64,000 nucleotides of DNA, from the NCBI GenBank assembly GCA_964016885.1, contig OZ024741.1, forward strand, positions 197,532,001-197,596,000, read 5' to 3'. Source of the DNA: Eledone cirrhosa. Taxonomy: Eukaryota. The translations under genes and the position numbers were made by a program. The notes under the pieces are model-generated. The model made no database searches and was not told where the DNA came from. It saw only the letters and a list, made by a program, of their open reading frames with translations. Of the stretch, positions 42,444 through 55,155 are shown piece by piece (the stretch's first letter is position 1; the number at the start of each line of letters is the position of its first letter).

Positions 42444-42610
42444 TTATCTCCCCTTTTTGCTGAAAATTTAAATAAGTGCCATTGTCACTATTTTAAAACA
42501 ATAGCGTATGGTCTTCAAAATGCTTTTAATTAAGCATACACTGTATTGCATAATACACTATATATACATTCATATATATATCGCTATTTCAGAGCACCAA
42601 TTCTAATTTT

Positions 42611-42694
<84 letters not shown>

Positions 42695-42992
42695 ATTATA
42701 GTGGAAAATAGAAGTTGCAGCTATGGCAGCATCTCTCGAAATAACAATCCTCAGAAGATTGCACAAGCACTCGATAAGATGATATCGGTAAATCGATAAA
42801 TTAAATCTACAACAACAGTAGGTAAAGAATGCCACAACAGCGACAACAGCCACTACAACAACGAAAATACCAACAAGTTAATATATATAGACACATTGTG
42901 TCTACTCTCGGAATTTTACAAAACCTTACCTATTGAGTACGCTGAGATGCAACCGGTACTAGCAGGGAAACTTATGCTAATCCTGTCAACTT

Positions 42993-43030
<38 letters not shown>

Positions 43031-43084
43031 CTCTGATACCACCAACACCTTAAACACAGAGCTGGGATATCTAAGAACTGACTA

Positions 43085-43142
43085 ACTGCCTGATGAGGTC
43101 ATAGCCATTCACTGGCTATCATCGAAATATATATATAGCAGT
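43085..43142 (+). ncRNA. Type I hammerhead ribozyme
   Basis: ACTGC-CTGATGA-GGTcATAGCCA-ttcac-TGGCTATcATC-GAAA-tatatata-TA^GCAGT followed by AATAAA. Confidence 0.9.
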
Positions 43143-43188
43143 AAATAAAGGATTATGAGTTCATGCAATTGATTTATATTTCGTCACT

Positions 43189-43273
<85 letters not shown>

Positions 43274-43600
43274 CTTACAATTATCTTACAATATATATAT
43301 ATTATCTTACAATTTCTTTTTCAACATATATTATATACGTATTTGTGGTCACACATACACTGATATGCTTGCCCTCACATATGTACTTACGCACACATTT
43401 TTTCACTATACACATGCATTTGTACATACACACATATGTACATTTGTGAGTGAATATACACACATTTATACACATACCCAAACTATATTTCCTTATTTTA
43501 TTTTTATATATCTCTTGCATTACTTTTATTTATATATTCTTTTGCCCGTTAAACTTTTGCCTTTCTTGAAGAGATTTTTCAAATATTTCACTATGTTTTA

Positions 43601-43678
43601 AATTGCCTTGTCCGACGAACGAATCAGGACGTTTCTTGTATTCGTCTTATTCGGGAAACCTCTGGTAATGAGGTAATT
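43601..43678 (+). ncRNA. pLTR hammerhead ribozyme, CCGACGA core
   Basis: AATTGCCTTGT-CCGACGA-aCGAAT..ATTCGg-GAAA-CC-tct-GG-TA^ATGAGGTAATT; 11-bp stem I. Confidence 0.85.
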
Positions 43679-43892
43679 ATATTGTATTCTTTATAATACA
43701 TTAAATTTAGCGCTGGTACATAGAGCACTCTTCACTCCTATGACTTTTTCAATTTTCAACGGAAACTTCAATACTTATACAGCTCCCAAGGGAATGATCG
43801 TAGCATATTCTACATTTTTATGAGATTGGTACCTTCCAGCCCTTTTAAAGTCCAGCACTCTTCAGTCAAAAGGATTTTAACCAATACTGAAC

Positions 43893-46017
43893 ATGGATAA
43901 ACATAATTTGGATTACTCCATCAAGAATATCCCAACACCTTCTAACACTTCCTACACTAAAATGCTGATAGACAAAGTAGAGAAAGTTGTTAAAAGAATG
44001 AGATGGAAAGCTTTGATTTTCGATGAACACTTTAACACGGACTCTACAGAACATTTTGATATCGGGTCTCATAAATACCCACAAAGAGTAAAAGATATGA
44101 CTGCTTTTGAACTGGACTTAGTTAATTTAATCAACCAAATCAAATTCCGTAAGTACTCTAACCCTTTTCAATCTAAACTATCTAATGATATTTCAATATT
44201 CAAATCTTCTAAAAATAAGTTCATTTTCTCTGACAAAACTAAAAACTTATACGAAGTTATTAATAACTTCCATGACCAACTCTTAACAGATAACATCACC
44301 TCTAAATACCAAATAGCTAATATAAACACTTATAATACTATAAATAAGGAAGCTAAAGAATTAGCTAGTTTTTTTAAAATAGACAATAGAACAGAAAAAC
44401 TTGCTAAACGTAATGCCTATATCACCCTCAAAGATCACAAACCTGATTTTATTAATCGTCCTAGTTCTAGATTAATCAACCCTGCTAAGACTGAAATCGG
44501 TCTTGCTAGCAAAAAAATATTAAATAATATACACAAACATATTAGAAGTAAGTCTGAATTACTCCAATGGATAAATAGCTTTTCCGTAGTACATTGGTTT
44601 AATAATATTAAAGATAAAAATAGTTCTAGATTCATCCAATTTGACATTGTAGACTTCTACCCGTCTATTACTCACCCTCTTTTAACGAAAGCCTTAAATT
44701 TCGCTAGAAAGTTTATCAATATTTCTGATATTGAAGAGAATGTCATTTTGCATGCTAGAAACACTCTACTTTTTACTAATAATGACACTTGGGTAAAAAT
44801 ATCTAACCCAGAGAACCCATTCGATGTCTCAATGGGTTCTTTTGACAGTGCTGACGTGTGTGATTTGGTCGACCTATTCCTCCTACACACACTTAAAGAG
44901 AAATTCCCTAACCATACCTTTGGGCTTTATCGCGACGATGGTCTAATACTTTACCATACCACCATAGGCCATATCTTAGATAGATTAAGGAAAGACTTAT
45001 TAAAAACCTTCGCTAGTTTTAATCTTAAAATTACTATTGACACTAACCTTTCCAATGTTAATTTTCTAGATATAAACCTAGATCTGCCTACTGCTTCTTA
45101 TAAACTATACCATAAACCTAATGAAAATTTAAAATATATAAATAAAGGCTCTTGCCATCCTCCTATAGTTTTTAAAAACCTTATCCCTAATATTAGCCGT
45201 AGGATCTCCACCCTCTCTTCTTCAGAAGCTATTTTCCCTACTATAATAAAGCCCCTCAAAATAGCGGATTTAGCGAACCGATTAAGTACGTACCCAACAA
45301 TACTAACTCCTTTAAGCATAATAATAGGAAAAGAAAAATAATCTGGTTCACACCCCCTACTCTTTAGCAGTTAAAACTAATGTAGGCAAAACATTCCTAG
45401 AGCTCTTAGATAAACATTTCCCTAGAACATATAGATACTATAAGATCTTCAATAGAAACTGTGTCAAAATCAGCTACTCCTGCGGTCCCCCTATTAAATC
45501 TTATATCCTCAATAAGAAAATACCCAGAGAACATCAAAATTGCTCCTGTAGAGTCAAAAGTGAATGCCCATTACAAGGTAAATGCAACACCAAAGCCATT
45601 GTATATGCGGCTAAAGTGACAACCACCAGCAACAACCTACCATCCACCAGCGAACGCTATGTGGGTATGATACAAGACAAATTCAAAACGCGTTATTACT
45701 CACATGTCGCATCTTTCCGACATCCTGAAAAAAGATTTACAACAGCTCTGGCTAGCAGAATATGGGATTTGAAAGACCAAGGTATCCAATATAAATTGGA
45801 TTGGTCAATTTTGAACCAATCTAAAGAATATGCAAGAGGAACAAGAAGATGCGCACTCTGCATAAGTGAAAAATATTGGATTTTACATAACATTAAATCA
45901 CCAAAAACCTGCCTAAATGCAAAAACAGAAATTTTCACCAGTTGCCCACACATGAAATCACACTTGCTTTCCAGCTCATATAAACTTAACTCACTTTCAG
46001 ATACTTATCCTCCATAA
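43893..46017 (+). pseudogene. Penelope-like RT plus GIY-YIG endonuclease ORF, frameshifted near 45240-45360
   Basis: FSDKTKNLY, RLINPAKTEIG, QFDIVDFYPSI, SMGSFDSA, YRDDGL, FLDINLDL; C-terminus CSC..CPLQGKC..IVYAAKV..YVG..FKTRY..H, CALC..EK, SCPH. True start may lie upstream. Confidence 0.92.
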
Positions 46018-47260
46018 ACTCTTGTTCTTCACTTTCCTTAAATTACCCTCTTTACAGACTTCTCTTTCTGATTTACTTTTATTTTTATTTGTAACTTTAT
46101 TTTTACTTCACATCCACCAGTGCCCCCCACCCTGCTTTTTGATTCACTTACCTAATATCTTCACAATTCCACACATTTTACTTCCCCATTTTCTTTCACT
46201 ACCTGATATCACTTGTCACTTGCGTTTTCAACTCCAGATATATTCTGTTGTCTCTCAGCCGCTTTTATGTATGTATAATTTGTACTCATTTATTCATTCG
46301 GCTGGTTTTTAATTTGTATCTATGCGTGTGAGTGTGCATGTGTGTGTGCATGTGTGTGTATGCGTGTTTGTATACGAACGCATTCGTATGTGCGCGTGTG
46401 TGTGTATATGTGTGTGTGTATGTGTGTTTTTATATCTATGTTTTTTACATACTTATATATACGTGTGTGTGTGCACGTATATGTATATATATATGTATAT
46501 GTATGTATATATATGTATGTATGTGTGTATATGTATATAGTCGCGTACGTGCGTGTGATTAGATATACATGTGCCTATATATATATATGTGCTTCGTGTG
46601 TATGTATGCGCGCCTTTGTATGTGTGTACGCATGTATGTGCTTTTGTCTGTACGTATTTCTATATATATTTTTATATATATATATGTGTACGTACGAACC
46701 TATGTTTGTTTTCTATTTTCTCTAGTGTTACTTTATAATTGATAACCCCTCCCTCTTACTTTCTCTTTGATTTAAAATTTTTGTTTTATTCTCATATATG
46801 TATCGAGCCTCAGACTGACACTGCTTTGACTGATACACTCCCTTCCCTGTATATATCACTCGCATGTATGTGGTCGCGTGTGTGTGTGTTTATACGCGTG
46901 CTTTCATGCCTGTATGTGTATATATTTCAATCCTTAATACCGGAATCTGGATGTTCGTTAACTCTATTATCTTACAATTTTTTTTCAACATATATTATAT
47001 ACGTATTTGTGGTCACACATGCACTGATATGCTTGCCTTCACATATGTACTTACGCACACATTTTTTCACTATACACATGCATTTGTACATACACACATG
47101 TACATTTGTGAGTGAATATACACACATTTATACACATACCCTTACTATATTTCCTTATTTTATTTTTATATATCTCTTGTACTACTTTTATTCATATATT
47201 TATTTGCCCGTTAAACTTTTGCCTTTCTTGAGGAGATTTTTCAAATATTTCACTGTTTTA

Positions 47261-47338
47261 AATTGCCTTGTCCGACGAACGAATGAGGACGTTTTTTGTA
47301 TTCGTCATATTCGGGAAACCTCTGGTAATGAGGTAATT
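47261..47338 (+). ncRNA. pLTR hammerhead ribozyme, second copy, CCGACGA core
   Basis: Same structure as 43601-43678. Confidence 0.85.
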
Positions 47339-47588
47339 AAATTTAGCTCTGGTACTTACATAGAGGACTCTTCACTCCTATGACTTTTTCAATTTTCAAC
47401 GGAAACTTCAATACTTATATATATATATATATATAATTTTTATGCTTACATAGCAGAACGTATGTGTAAAAAAACCCACACCGTCTGTGTATTACTCGTG
47501 ACAGTATCTTGTTAGCTCAATGTACGAAAACAGAGCCGTTATAGTAAGAGAAAACAAATAGCGCTTATAACAACAATCGATTTTTATT

Positions 47589-47635
47589 CGTTGACAGTGT
47601 TTCATCCATACCATGGGGCAGAACTCATCAGAGCG
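47589..47635 (-). ncRNA. Type I hammerhead ribozyme (family H, left arm)
   Basis: Minus: CGCT-CTGATGA-GTTC-TGCC-ccat-GGTA-t-GGAT-GAAA-C-act-G-TC^AACG. Confidence 0.75.
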
Positions 47636-48364
47636 TTGAAAACAAAAATATAATAATGAAGATAAGCTCTACCGACCTACATCATAAGAACAATAGATAT
47701 ATGGTACAGGATCATAGGATAATAGTGAGAATGGAGATGATACATAATAGGGTTGTTAGTCAGAGTAAGGAAAAATAAGGAAAAATATAAAACGTATTTA
47801 GTAGTGAGTAAGAGGGAGTTATCCACTATGTATATATATTTTTAATTAATTTTTTAATTATTTTTTAATTAGTTTTTAATTTCGATTTTTTAATTGTTTT
47901 AATTTTTATTTTTTTAAATTATTTTAAATTATTTTTAATTATTTTTTAATATATTTTTTAAATATTTTTTTATATTTTTTTAATATATATATATTTTTAA
48001 TATCTTTTTAATTATTTTAAAATTATTTTTTAATTTTTCAATTTTTTAATTTTTTAATTATTGTTTAATTAATTATTATTATTTTTTATTTTTTATTTTT
48101 TATTATTTTTTTCATTATTTTAAAATTATTTTTGAGTATTCTTTCTCTTTTCTTTTTCCTTTATCGCCTTGACTGATTCCTTCACATGCATCTATCTCTT
48201 GTGTGATTACTTCAGTTTATTTTATTTTTCCTTACTCTGACTAACAACCCTATGATGTATCATCTCCATTCTCACTATTTTCCTATGATCCTGTACCATA
48301 TATCTATTGTTCTTATGATGTAGGTCGGTAGAGCTTATCTTCATTATTGTATTTTTGTTTTCAA

Positions 48365-48411
48365 CGCTCTGATGAGTCCTGCCCCATGGTATGGATGAAA
48401 CACAGTCAGCG
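48365..48411 (+). ncRNA. Type I hammerhead ribozyme (family H, right arm)
   Basis: CGCT-CTGATGA-GTCC-TGCC-ccat-GGTA-t-GGAT-GAAA-C-aca-G-TC^AGCG then AATAAA. Confidence 0.88.
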
Positions 48412-48453
48412 AATAAAAATTGATTGATGTTATAAGCGCTCTTTGTTTTCTCT

Positions 48454-48499
<46 letters not shown>

Positions 48500-48753
48500 T
48501 CCAGATAAAAGCTGTCGAGTGCTTCTAATCTATTGTAAAATTGAATTCGTTGAATAATCAACGAACTATATAAACTTTTGATTATATATATAAATATATG
48601 TGTGTGTATGTGTGTGCGTTCTTGAATTATACCATTGGTTGACCATCAGGTATTATGAAAAAGAGTATTTGAGTACCTCCTGATCAATAGCGAAACGCGT
48701 GCCACCAATCAATAAACGTAATGAACATAACAAATCGTCCTCTTCTACTTCTT

Positions 48754-48818
<65 letters not shown>

Positions 48819-49348
48819 ATATGTATGTTTGTAAGTATATGTATATATATAGTCGTTTTGTTTTTATTACTTTTATTTTCGTGATGTATGCTATCAAGTG
48901 TTCTATTTCAATTTCCGATAGTTTCTCGTTTTGAGAATGTATCTTTTAAAGTCTGTTGGAATCTGTCAATAAATTTAGATTCTGATTATTTCCCTTCCAG
49001 CTTTATACGAATATATTGTCGGATTTTGGGACATTTTTGATGGAGGTAGTATATAAAATATGTCTATATAATGGAAATATATACCTCTCGTGACAATTTA
49101 TTCCTTTTACTTGCGAAACACCAGAAATAAAATTTGTTCTTTTAATTAGATTGTCGATATTTTAGTCTTCAACACGCTTTGTGCCATTTTTCGTACATTC
49201 TATGCACTAGATTCAAGTAAATATCCAAATGATACGGGTTTTATCTGTATTACTTGCAATTTTTGTGTGTGATATTTGTGGATTGGAATCAGTCTTGTGT
49301 TGATATGAACTGTCTCCCGATAATTTGTTTGCAGCAAATTGGGAGACA

Positions 49349-49510
49349 GGACGGTGTGGATTGGGTGAGTCGTTAGCGCGTCAGATAAATGTATAGGTAT
49401 TTGTTCCAGCTCACTGCGTTCTGAGAGTTCAAATCTCGCCGAGGTCAACTTTACATTTCGTCATTTTGAGGTTTATATATATATAAATTACCAGTTGAGT
49501 ATTAGGATTG
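49349..49510 (+). mobile_element. Old diverged SINE
   Basis: GAGTTCAAATCTCGCCGAGGTCAACTTT core; similar old copy at 50086-50260. Confidence 0.7.
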
Positions 49511-50329
49511 ATTCTTCCTCTATCTCTTTTTGTCAGTCTCTCTCTCCCTCTTTTTCTCTCTCTCACACATACACAAACAGACTCCCTCTCTCTCCGTCTC
49601 TGTTTCTTGCTGTCTCCCCTCCTCTGTCTTTTTGTTTGTCTGGCTGTCAGTCTGTCTCTCTCTCTCTCTTTTTCTCTAGAAGAAATCCGATGTGTTCAGA
49701 CCTGGAGAGAGATGGACTCCACCAGTTTTAAAATATTAAAGATATTTGTATGTTAGGACGGCGTCCCTTTTTTATCAGGTCGCTAAAAACATTTGAAGTA
49801 TATTCATTGTATGTGGCAATGATCAATAAAGCATTACCTACACAGTTATCTTCCAGCATCTTCCACATTATTTCTTTTTTTTTTGAGAGCTGTGCAATCA
49901 AGCAGTGTTTTTTTGTGATAAACTCCAGTGTTCTTCTTCCTTCTTCCATTTTGTTATTGTAGTATATGTACTGTCGTAGTAGTATATACAGTATACTGAC
50001 ATTGAAACAATGCAGAGAAATTTGATGTGGTCTCTGTTTAAGAATGACGCGAAGATTCGTGAAGCATTTCATGTTTCAAGCGACGTATTGGCAAAATAGT
50101 TAGAGCGTCGGTGAAAATGTTTTGCAGAATATAGTTACGGTCTTTTACGTTCTGAGTTCAAATCCCGCTGTGGTCAACTTTACTTTTCATCCTTCCGGAG
50201 TTCATAAAATAAATACCAGTCAAGTGTTGATATCAATTTAATCGACTTTTCCTTCTCTTGTGCATACACCCCACACACACTTTATTTTGATAATATAAAA
50301 TAATAAAAAAAAATATTAAAAAGTTTTAA

Positions 50330-51750
50330 AATAAAATAAATAATTTATCATAATGTTTCCAATAGTTTTATGCTAATTTCTACTGCATAACATGTCTGTT
50401 CTTGAAACGTGTGTATGTGTGTGTGTAATATAATCTTTTGGAGATACAGAATTGTGGTTGTATGTTACATCAGATTTGTTGTTACTTTGTCGCGTCTGGT
50501 TTTATTTTTTTTGTGCTGTTGTTACTTTATTCTGTGACCATTGTGTTTCATGTGTATTTTGAGATTTATGTTGTGTTATCTGTTGTGAAGTCGGGTAGTG
50601 ACTGAATATACATTGTGTAGGTTTATATTGCTGTTTTATTAATGGGTGACAATTGTGTAGAGCGTGAGTTGTGTCAGTTGTTCGTGTTAACCTTCGGTTA
50701 TGTAAGAATATATTTTGCTAAAGCCATTAGTGCTTTCATGCATTTGTTAATGGAGTCAGAGCTGCGATAAAAATAGAAGGGATTTTGTATGGGTATATAG
50801 CTGGTTTTAATTATTTTCTCTTTGCCCTATTATTCGTGATGATAATCTTTCCATTTTGACATAGCAGGACTGGATATACTTTGTTAGTATTAGAACTATC
50901 TTATCTATGTGGTTTATCTCCTATATTTAAGAATATGGTATACTACCAAATACTTTTAGGTAAATAATCCAGTTATTACTTTTATTACTTTTTATAATAG
51001 ACCAATTCCCCGGTAGCTGCTCTTTACAGCCATATATACATTTTCGGCATCCGTTTTACTGCTCTGGTTGTTACTCTTTTGGTGAGTAATTAGCCTGTTG
51101 TAGAGTATGCATTTAAGTCCTTTGTATGTTGTCGGTGAGCCAGCTTGAAGCCTGTAGTTTTATGTGTTTCTAGTATATTTGATTTTAGGAATAAATCAAG
51201 TAGCCAATTGAGTGTTGATTTTGGTTTGGTCTGCTTACGTATTCATTGAATGTTTCCGATACATACCCAAGGGTACAAGTCAATTGCTTCACTCAGAAAT
51301 TAGCGACTAAGTCAATCTCACGAGCTTTATTATTATTGCTTGCTGTACTTAATGCCTTAATCTTGATAAGTTATTTACCAGCTTTGAGATTCTATACTTG
51401 CGATGTTCTTATATTTTTCTCTACAATTCTGATCCATTGTTTTCCTTTTGCGCTGAATAGTTTCGTTCTATATTTCCTTTCAAATTGTTTGAATTTCCGT
51501 TGATGTTGCTGTATATTCCAGTTTTATGTCTTTTGTTTATTAATGTTTGTGTAAAATCTTTTTATATTTTATTAAATTATCTTGTTTTCATGGAAGAATC
51601 GCTCACATTTTCCAAAGCATGCATGCTTTTACCGATATGATTTGTTTAATCTTTCATTTTGTTTCCAGAATGTTTTCTCTTTATCAATACAGTTCCTCGT
51701 TATTTCTTTTTCTATATTTTATGTTGGACCATATTACCCTTTTTAAAAAA
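50330..51750 (-). mobile_element. Degenerate R4/Dong-like non-LTR retrotransposon
   Basis: Minus Q*NGCRKCIYGCKEQL at ~51015-51062 (cf. EQKGC..G..GCKEQL). Confidence 0.6.
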
Positions 51751-52106
51751 AATCATTAAGTACGAAAACATTTTACCTTTATATGCTGAATTAATTCTCA
51801 TTATGTATAAATGAACTCTCCCGAACGGGATATTTTTCCTTCTCTAGAATCTTATATTTTCAAGATTGTTTCTTAAAATCATATGATAGCAGAAACAAGC
51901 ATGGATCTATTTCGATACATGAGACCAGTTTCTAATTACGGGAATTGTTTTAATCACAGACCTTTTACATTATTTTTCTAGCATATCTTATAGGCCAAAA
52001 GGAGTTACTTGTTTTTCGGCCATTATTTAGAAGCGTTATTCTGTTCCTATATGTATATGAATACTCCTAGATGTCTAGAGAAATTACATTTTTTCGGTCA
52101 TTATTC

Positions 52107-52293
52107 GGTGGATTGGCAGTATCGGTAGAGGGTCAGACGCCATGCTTTCCGGCATAGTTACGTCCCTTTACGATCTGAGTTCAAATCCCGCCAAGGTTAA
52201 CCTTACCTTTCATCCTCACGGGGTCGATAAAATAAAGTACCAGTAATGTACTGAGTAATTGCTGGCCTTGTGCCAAAAGTAGAAACAATTATT
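52107..52293 (+). mobile_element. SINE, full length
   Basis: A/B box, core and tail. Confidence 0.9.
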
Positions 52294-52717
52294 TAGAATC
52301 TTCAATCTATTCCTTTACGAATATGAATACTCCTAGATGTTTTTGAGAATAATTGTAAACGGAGTAGATAGATCCAAACCGGACAGCCAAACCGGACAAA
52401 CAAACCGAACAGCCTTATTAAAAACTTGCAACTAGTTATCAGGAGATGTAAAGGATTTATAAACACTACAAACCTTTTTGGAAGGTTCTTGAAATTGATT
52501 GCTTTACAAAATAAACAATGAAATATAACGAAATTGGTTATTTGTATTGATATTTTTGACGTCTTCATTCAACAATAACATAGGAAACTAACTTTTAACA
52601 CTTCAAAATCAGTATTAACAGGCTCCATTTATTCTTAGCCACCAGTCCAAGGAGGTGTTTATAGATATCTTTAGATTGGCTAATATATATATATATTAAT
52701 ATGCATATACATATATA

Positions 52718-52812
<95 letters not shown>

Positions 52813-53131
52813 ATTAAAAAAGGAAAAGAATGACTTCACTTGTAGTTCTAAACAATTTAATTTAATTTTATAATATTATAATTTTACAATTTTGTTTGGT
52901 AGATCAAGTAAACTATTTGTTAACTTCGGTGGGGAGATTGTTTAAGATTCTTGGTTAACTTTCCTGGAGAACTTTCGTGCCCGAAGTTAACAAAGAACTT
53001 ACTAGATCTACCAAACAAAATTGTAAAATAATATCATAAAATAAAATTAAATTGTTTAGACTACAAGTGAAGTTATTCTTCTCCTTTTTCAAAATATACA
53101 TAACTGTACCAAGGATTTCACACATTTTCCA

Positions 53132-53166
<35 letters not shown>

Positions 53167-53371
53167 TAAGTATGTATACGCACATACATATATGTATACA
53201 GACGTACAGTAGTATGTATATATATATACATACATGCACACATATATATATGTGCGTATGGATTCTCCGAACATTCATTATAATGCTCGGTGTGTTTGTA
53301 AACAAACATCCCGTATTAAGCCGTAGTATCTAGCAACCATCGTTGCTTGTTTGTTCAACACTGATAAAAGA

Positions 53372-53414
53372 ACGCTGTACTAGTTTCAAGCTTATTAGCT
53401 ATCGTCAGCAACGT
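53372..53414 (-). ncRNA. Type I hammerhead ribozyme (family F)
   Basis: Minus: ACGTTG-CTGACGA-tAGCTaataAGCTt-GAAA-CTAG-TA^CAGCGT. Confidence 0.88.
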
Positions 53415-53698
53415 ATACCTTCCTGCCAGATGGTTGAACGTCTGAAAGTATATACTTTCCTTATGCATATTAACGGCTGAGTAGCCCAATTTGCATATCG
53501 AGTGGGTTAATCGGCCGGGTTCACCGAAAACGATAAACTAAGAGTGGGAAATGAAATTTCGTTTCATTTTTTCCGTTTATCGTTTTCGGTGAACCCGGCC
53601 GATTAACCCACTCGATATGCAAATTGGGCTACTCAGCCGTTAATATGCATAAGGAAAGTATATACTTTCAGACGTTCAATCATCTGGCAGGAAGGTAT

Positions 53699-53749
53699 AC
53701 GCTGCTGACGATAGCTAATAAGCTTGAAACTTTGAAACTAGTACAGCGT
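53699..53749 (+). ncRNA. Family F hammerhead with an 8-nt duplication around GAAA
   Basis: ACGCTG-CTGACGA-tAGCTaataAGCTt-GAAACTTT-GAAACTAG-TA^CAGCGT. Confidence 0.8.
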
Positions 53750-54024
53750 TCCTTTGTCAGTGTTGAACAAACGAGCAACGATGGTTGCTAGATACTACGG
53801 CTTAATACGGGATGTTTGTTTACAAACACACCGAGCATTATAATAAATGTTCGGTGAATCCATACGTACATATATATATGTGTGCATGTATGTATATATA
53901 TATACATACTAATGTACGTCTGTATACATATATGTATGTGCGTATACATACTTATATTTAAGTAACAGCCGTACTAAGAGTGGGAAATGAAATTTCGTTT
54001 CATTTTTTCCGTTTATATATATAT

Positions 54025-54725
54025 ATATAAATATAATTTCAGCAAGATCGTATTCCGGGGGCGGCCAAAACAAAACGAAACGCAATTTTCGAGATATGCC
54101 GGCAAGCGCTCAATGGACTGGGAAGAAGCCAGAGCAATTAACATACGTTATAAGGGCCAGACACGTTATAAAAATGACTGTGAAATGACAAGCTAGGCAG
54201 CCGAAAAAATGAGCAAGCTAAACAGGTTAACAAAAAATGTACCGGGACCTTCCTGGGACGTGGTGGTAAAATTCAGTGGAAAGTTTCTGTGACTTCTAAA
54301 TGAAGTATACTGTCTGCTTTCGTTGTAAGCTTTTGGTATAATTATCGAACAAGGTAGACACTCTGTCAACAGGTTTTTGCTCTCAACCGCCTACCAGGTT
54401 CAAATGAAACATTAGAGAAGCCACTAGTTCACGTGGTTACCCTGCAAGGGAGGTAACCCCTGTTTTTGGCGGGTGAATTCAAAATGTGTAAAGGAATTGC
54501 AAAAAATTGCAAAGAACTGCACAAATCGACTGGGTTGTTTTTAAATAAACTTAAGCAATTAATCAGTCAATAGAATTGTCTAATTGAATTCACTAATTAA
54601 TTGCTAGGCCCGAGAGATTAATACAAATATAATTTCAGTGAGAACGTATTTCGGCGGCGGCCAAAATAAAACCAAACGCAATTTTCGAGATATACCGGCA
54701 AGCGCCCAATGGACTAGGAAGAAGA
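54025..54725. mobile_element. Non-coding element with ~100-bp terminal direct repeats, period ~600 bp
   Basis: aaatataatttcag..ggaagaag at 54028-54128 and 54625-54724. Confidence 0.55.
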
Positions 54726-54900
54726 CGAAGGAAGTGTGGTAAGGAACCAGGTGGACCATAACGCACCAGTGTACTCAATACTTAGGGTAGTAGAGTGGGT
54801 AATAGGAACATTTTCAAGACCTCGACGGCAGAGCTCAAGCCGTTTCGACGGCTATAGTCGTCGAAACGGCTTGAGCTCTGCCGTCAGGGTCTTGAACATT
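54725..54900 (-). mobile_element. Family E fold-back element
   Basis: Arms ~54813-54854 / 54855-54896. Confidence 0.72.
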
Positions 54901-54960
54901 TTCCTATATATATATATATATAGTAATAAATGGTAAATATATCACTATAGCATCATAATT

Positions 54961-55020
54961 TATTTCGTTATATATATTTCAGGGATACTAAGTTATAGTA
55001 TGCCTTCTTCAGAGAAAATA
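54961..55020 (-). ncRNA. Type I hammerhead ribozyme (family D-related)
   Basis: Minus: TATTTTCT-CTGAAGA-AGGcATACTA..TAGTATcCCT-GAAA-tatata-TA^ACGAAATA. Confidence 0.75.
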
Positions 55021-55155
55021 CAATATTAGATGCATAAAAATGTGACATTCTCATAATAGAGATCGCATTCGATCAATTCAAAATGGGTATGTGATTCAAA
55101 ATCTCAAAATTTCCTAGGACGTAAAGTTATTGGGAAATATAAACAAATAAATAAA

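Larger units (their letters stand above)
41947..42610. mobile_element. Family G retrozyme-like element: ~321-bp monomer, one inverted plus tandem copies
   Basis: 41947-42070 inverted versus 42128-42252; 42138.. repeats at 42459.. Confidence 0.8.
43301..47419 (+). mobile_element. Near-complete Penelope-like element (Naiad-type) with two direct pLTRs, flanked by (TA)n
   Basis: pLTRs 43301-43779 and 46966-47419, each with an HHR, bracket an RT plus GIY-YIG coding region. Confidence 0.92.
53168..54015. mobile_element. Family F element as a ~790-bp palindrome with a terminal direct repeat
   Basis: Arms ~53168-53538 / 53573-53955; CTAAGAGTGGG..TTCCGTTTAT at both 53538 and 53974. Confidence 0.85.

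Noticed and set aside
43893-46017. Selenocysteine recoding, as reported for some Naiad elements
   Set aside because: The breaks are frameshifts; I saw no in-frame TGA at Cys positions
48630-48720. Possible hammerhead remnant (GAAACGCGTG..AATAAA)
   Set aside because: No CTGANGA and no valid NUH
49728-50072. 114-aa minus ORF, faintly hAT-like (ISLHCF)
   Set aside because: Similarity too weak to call without a search
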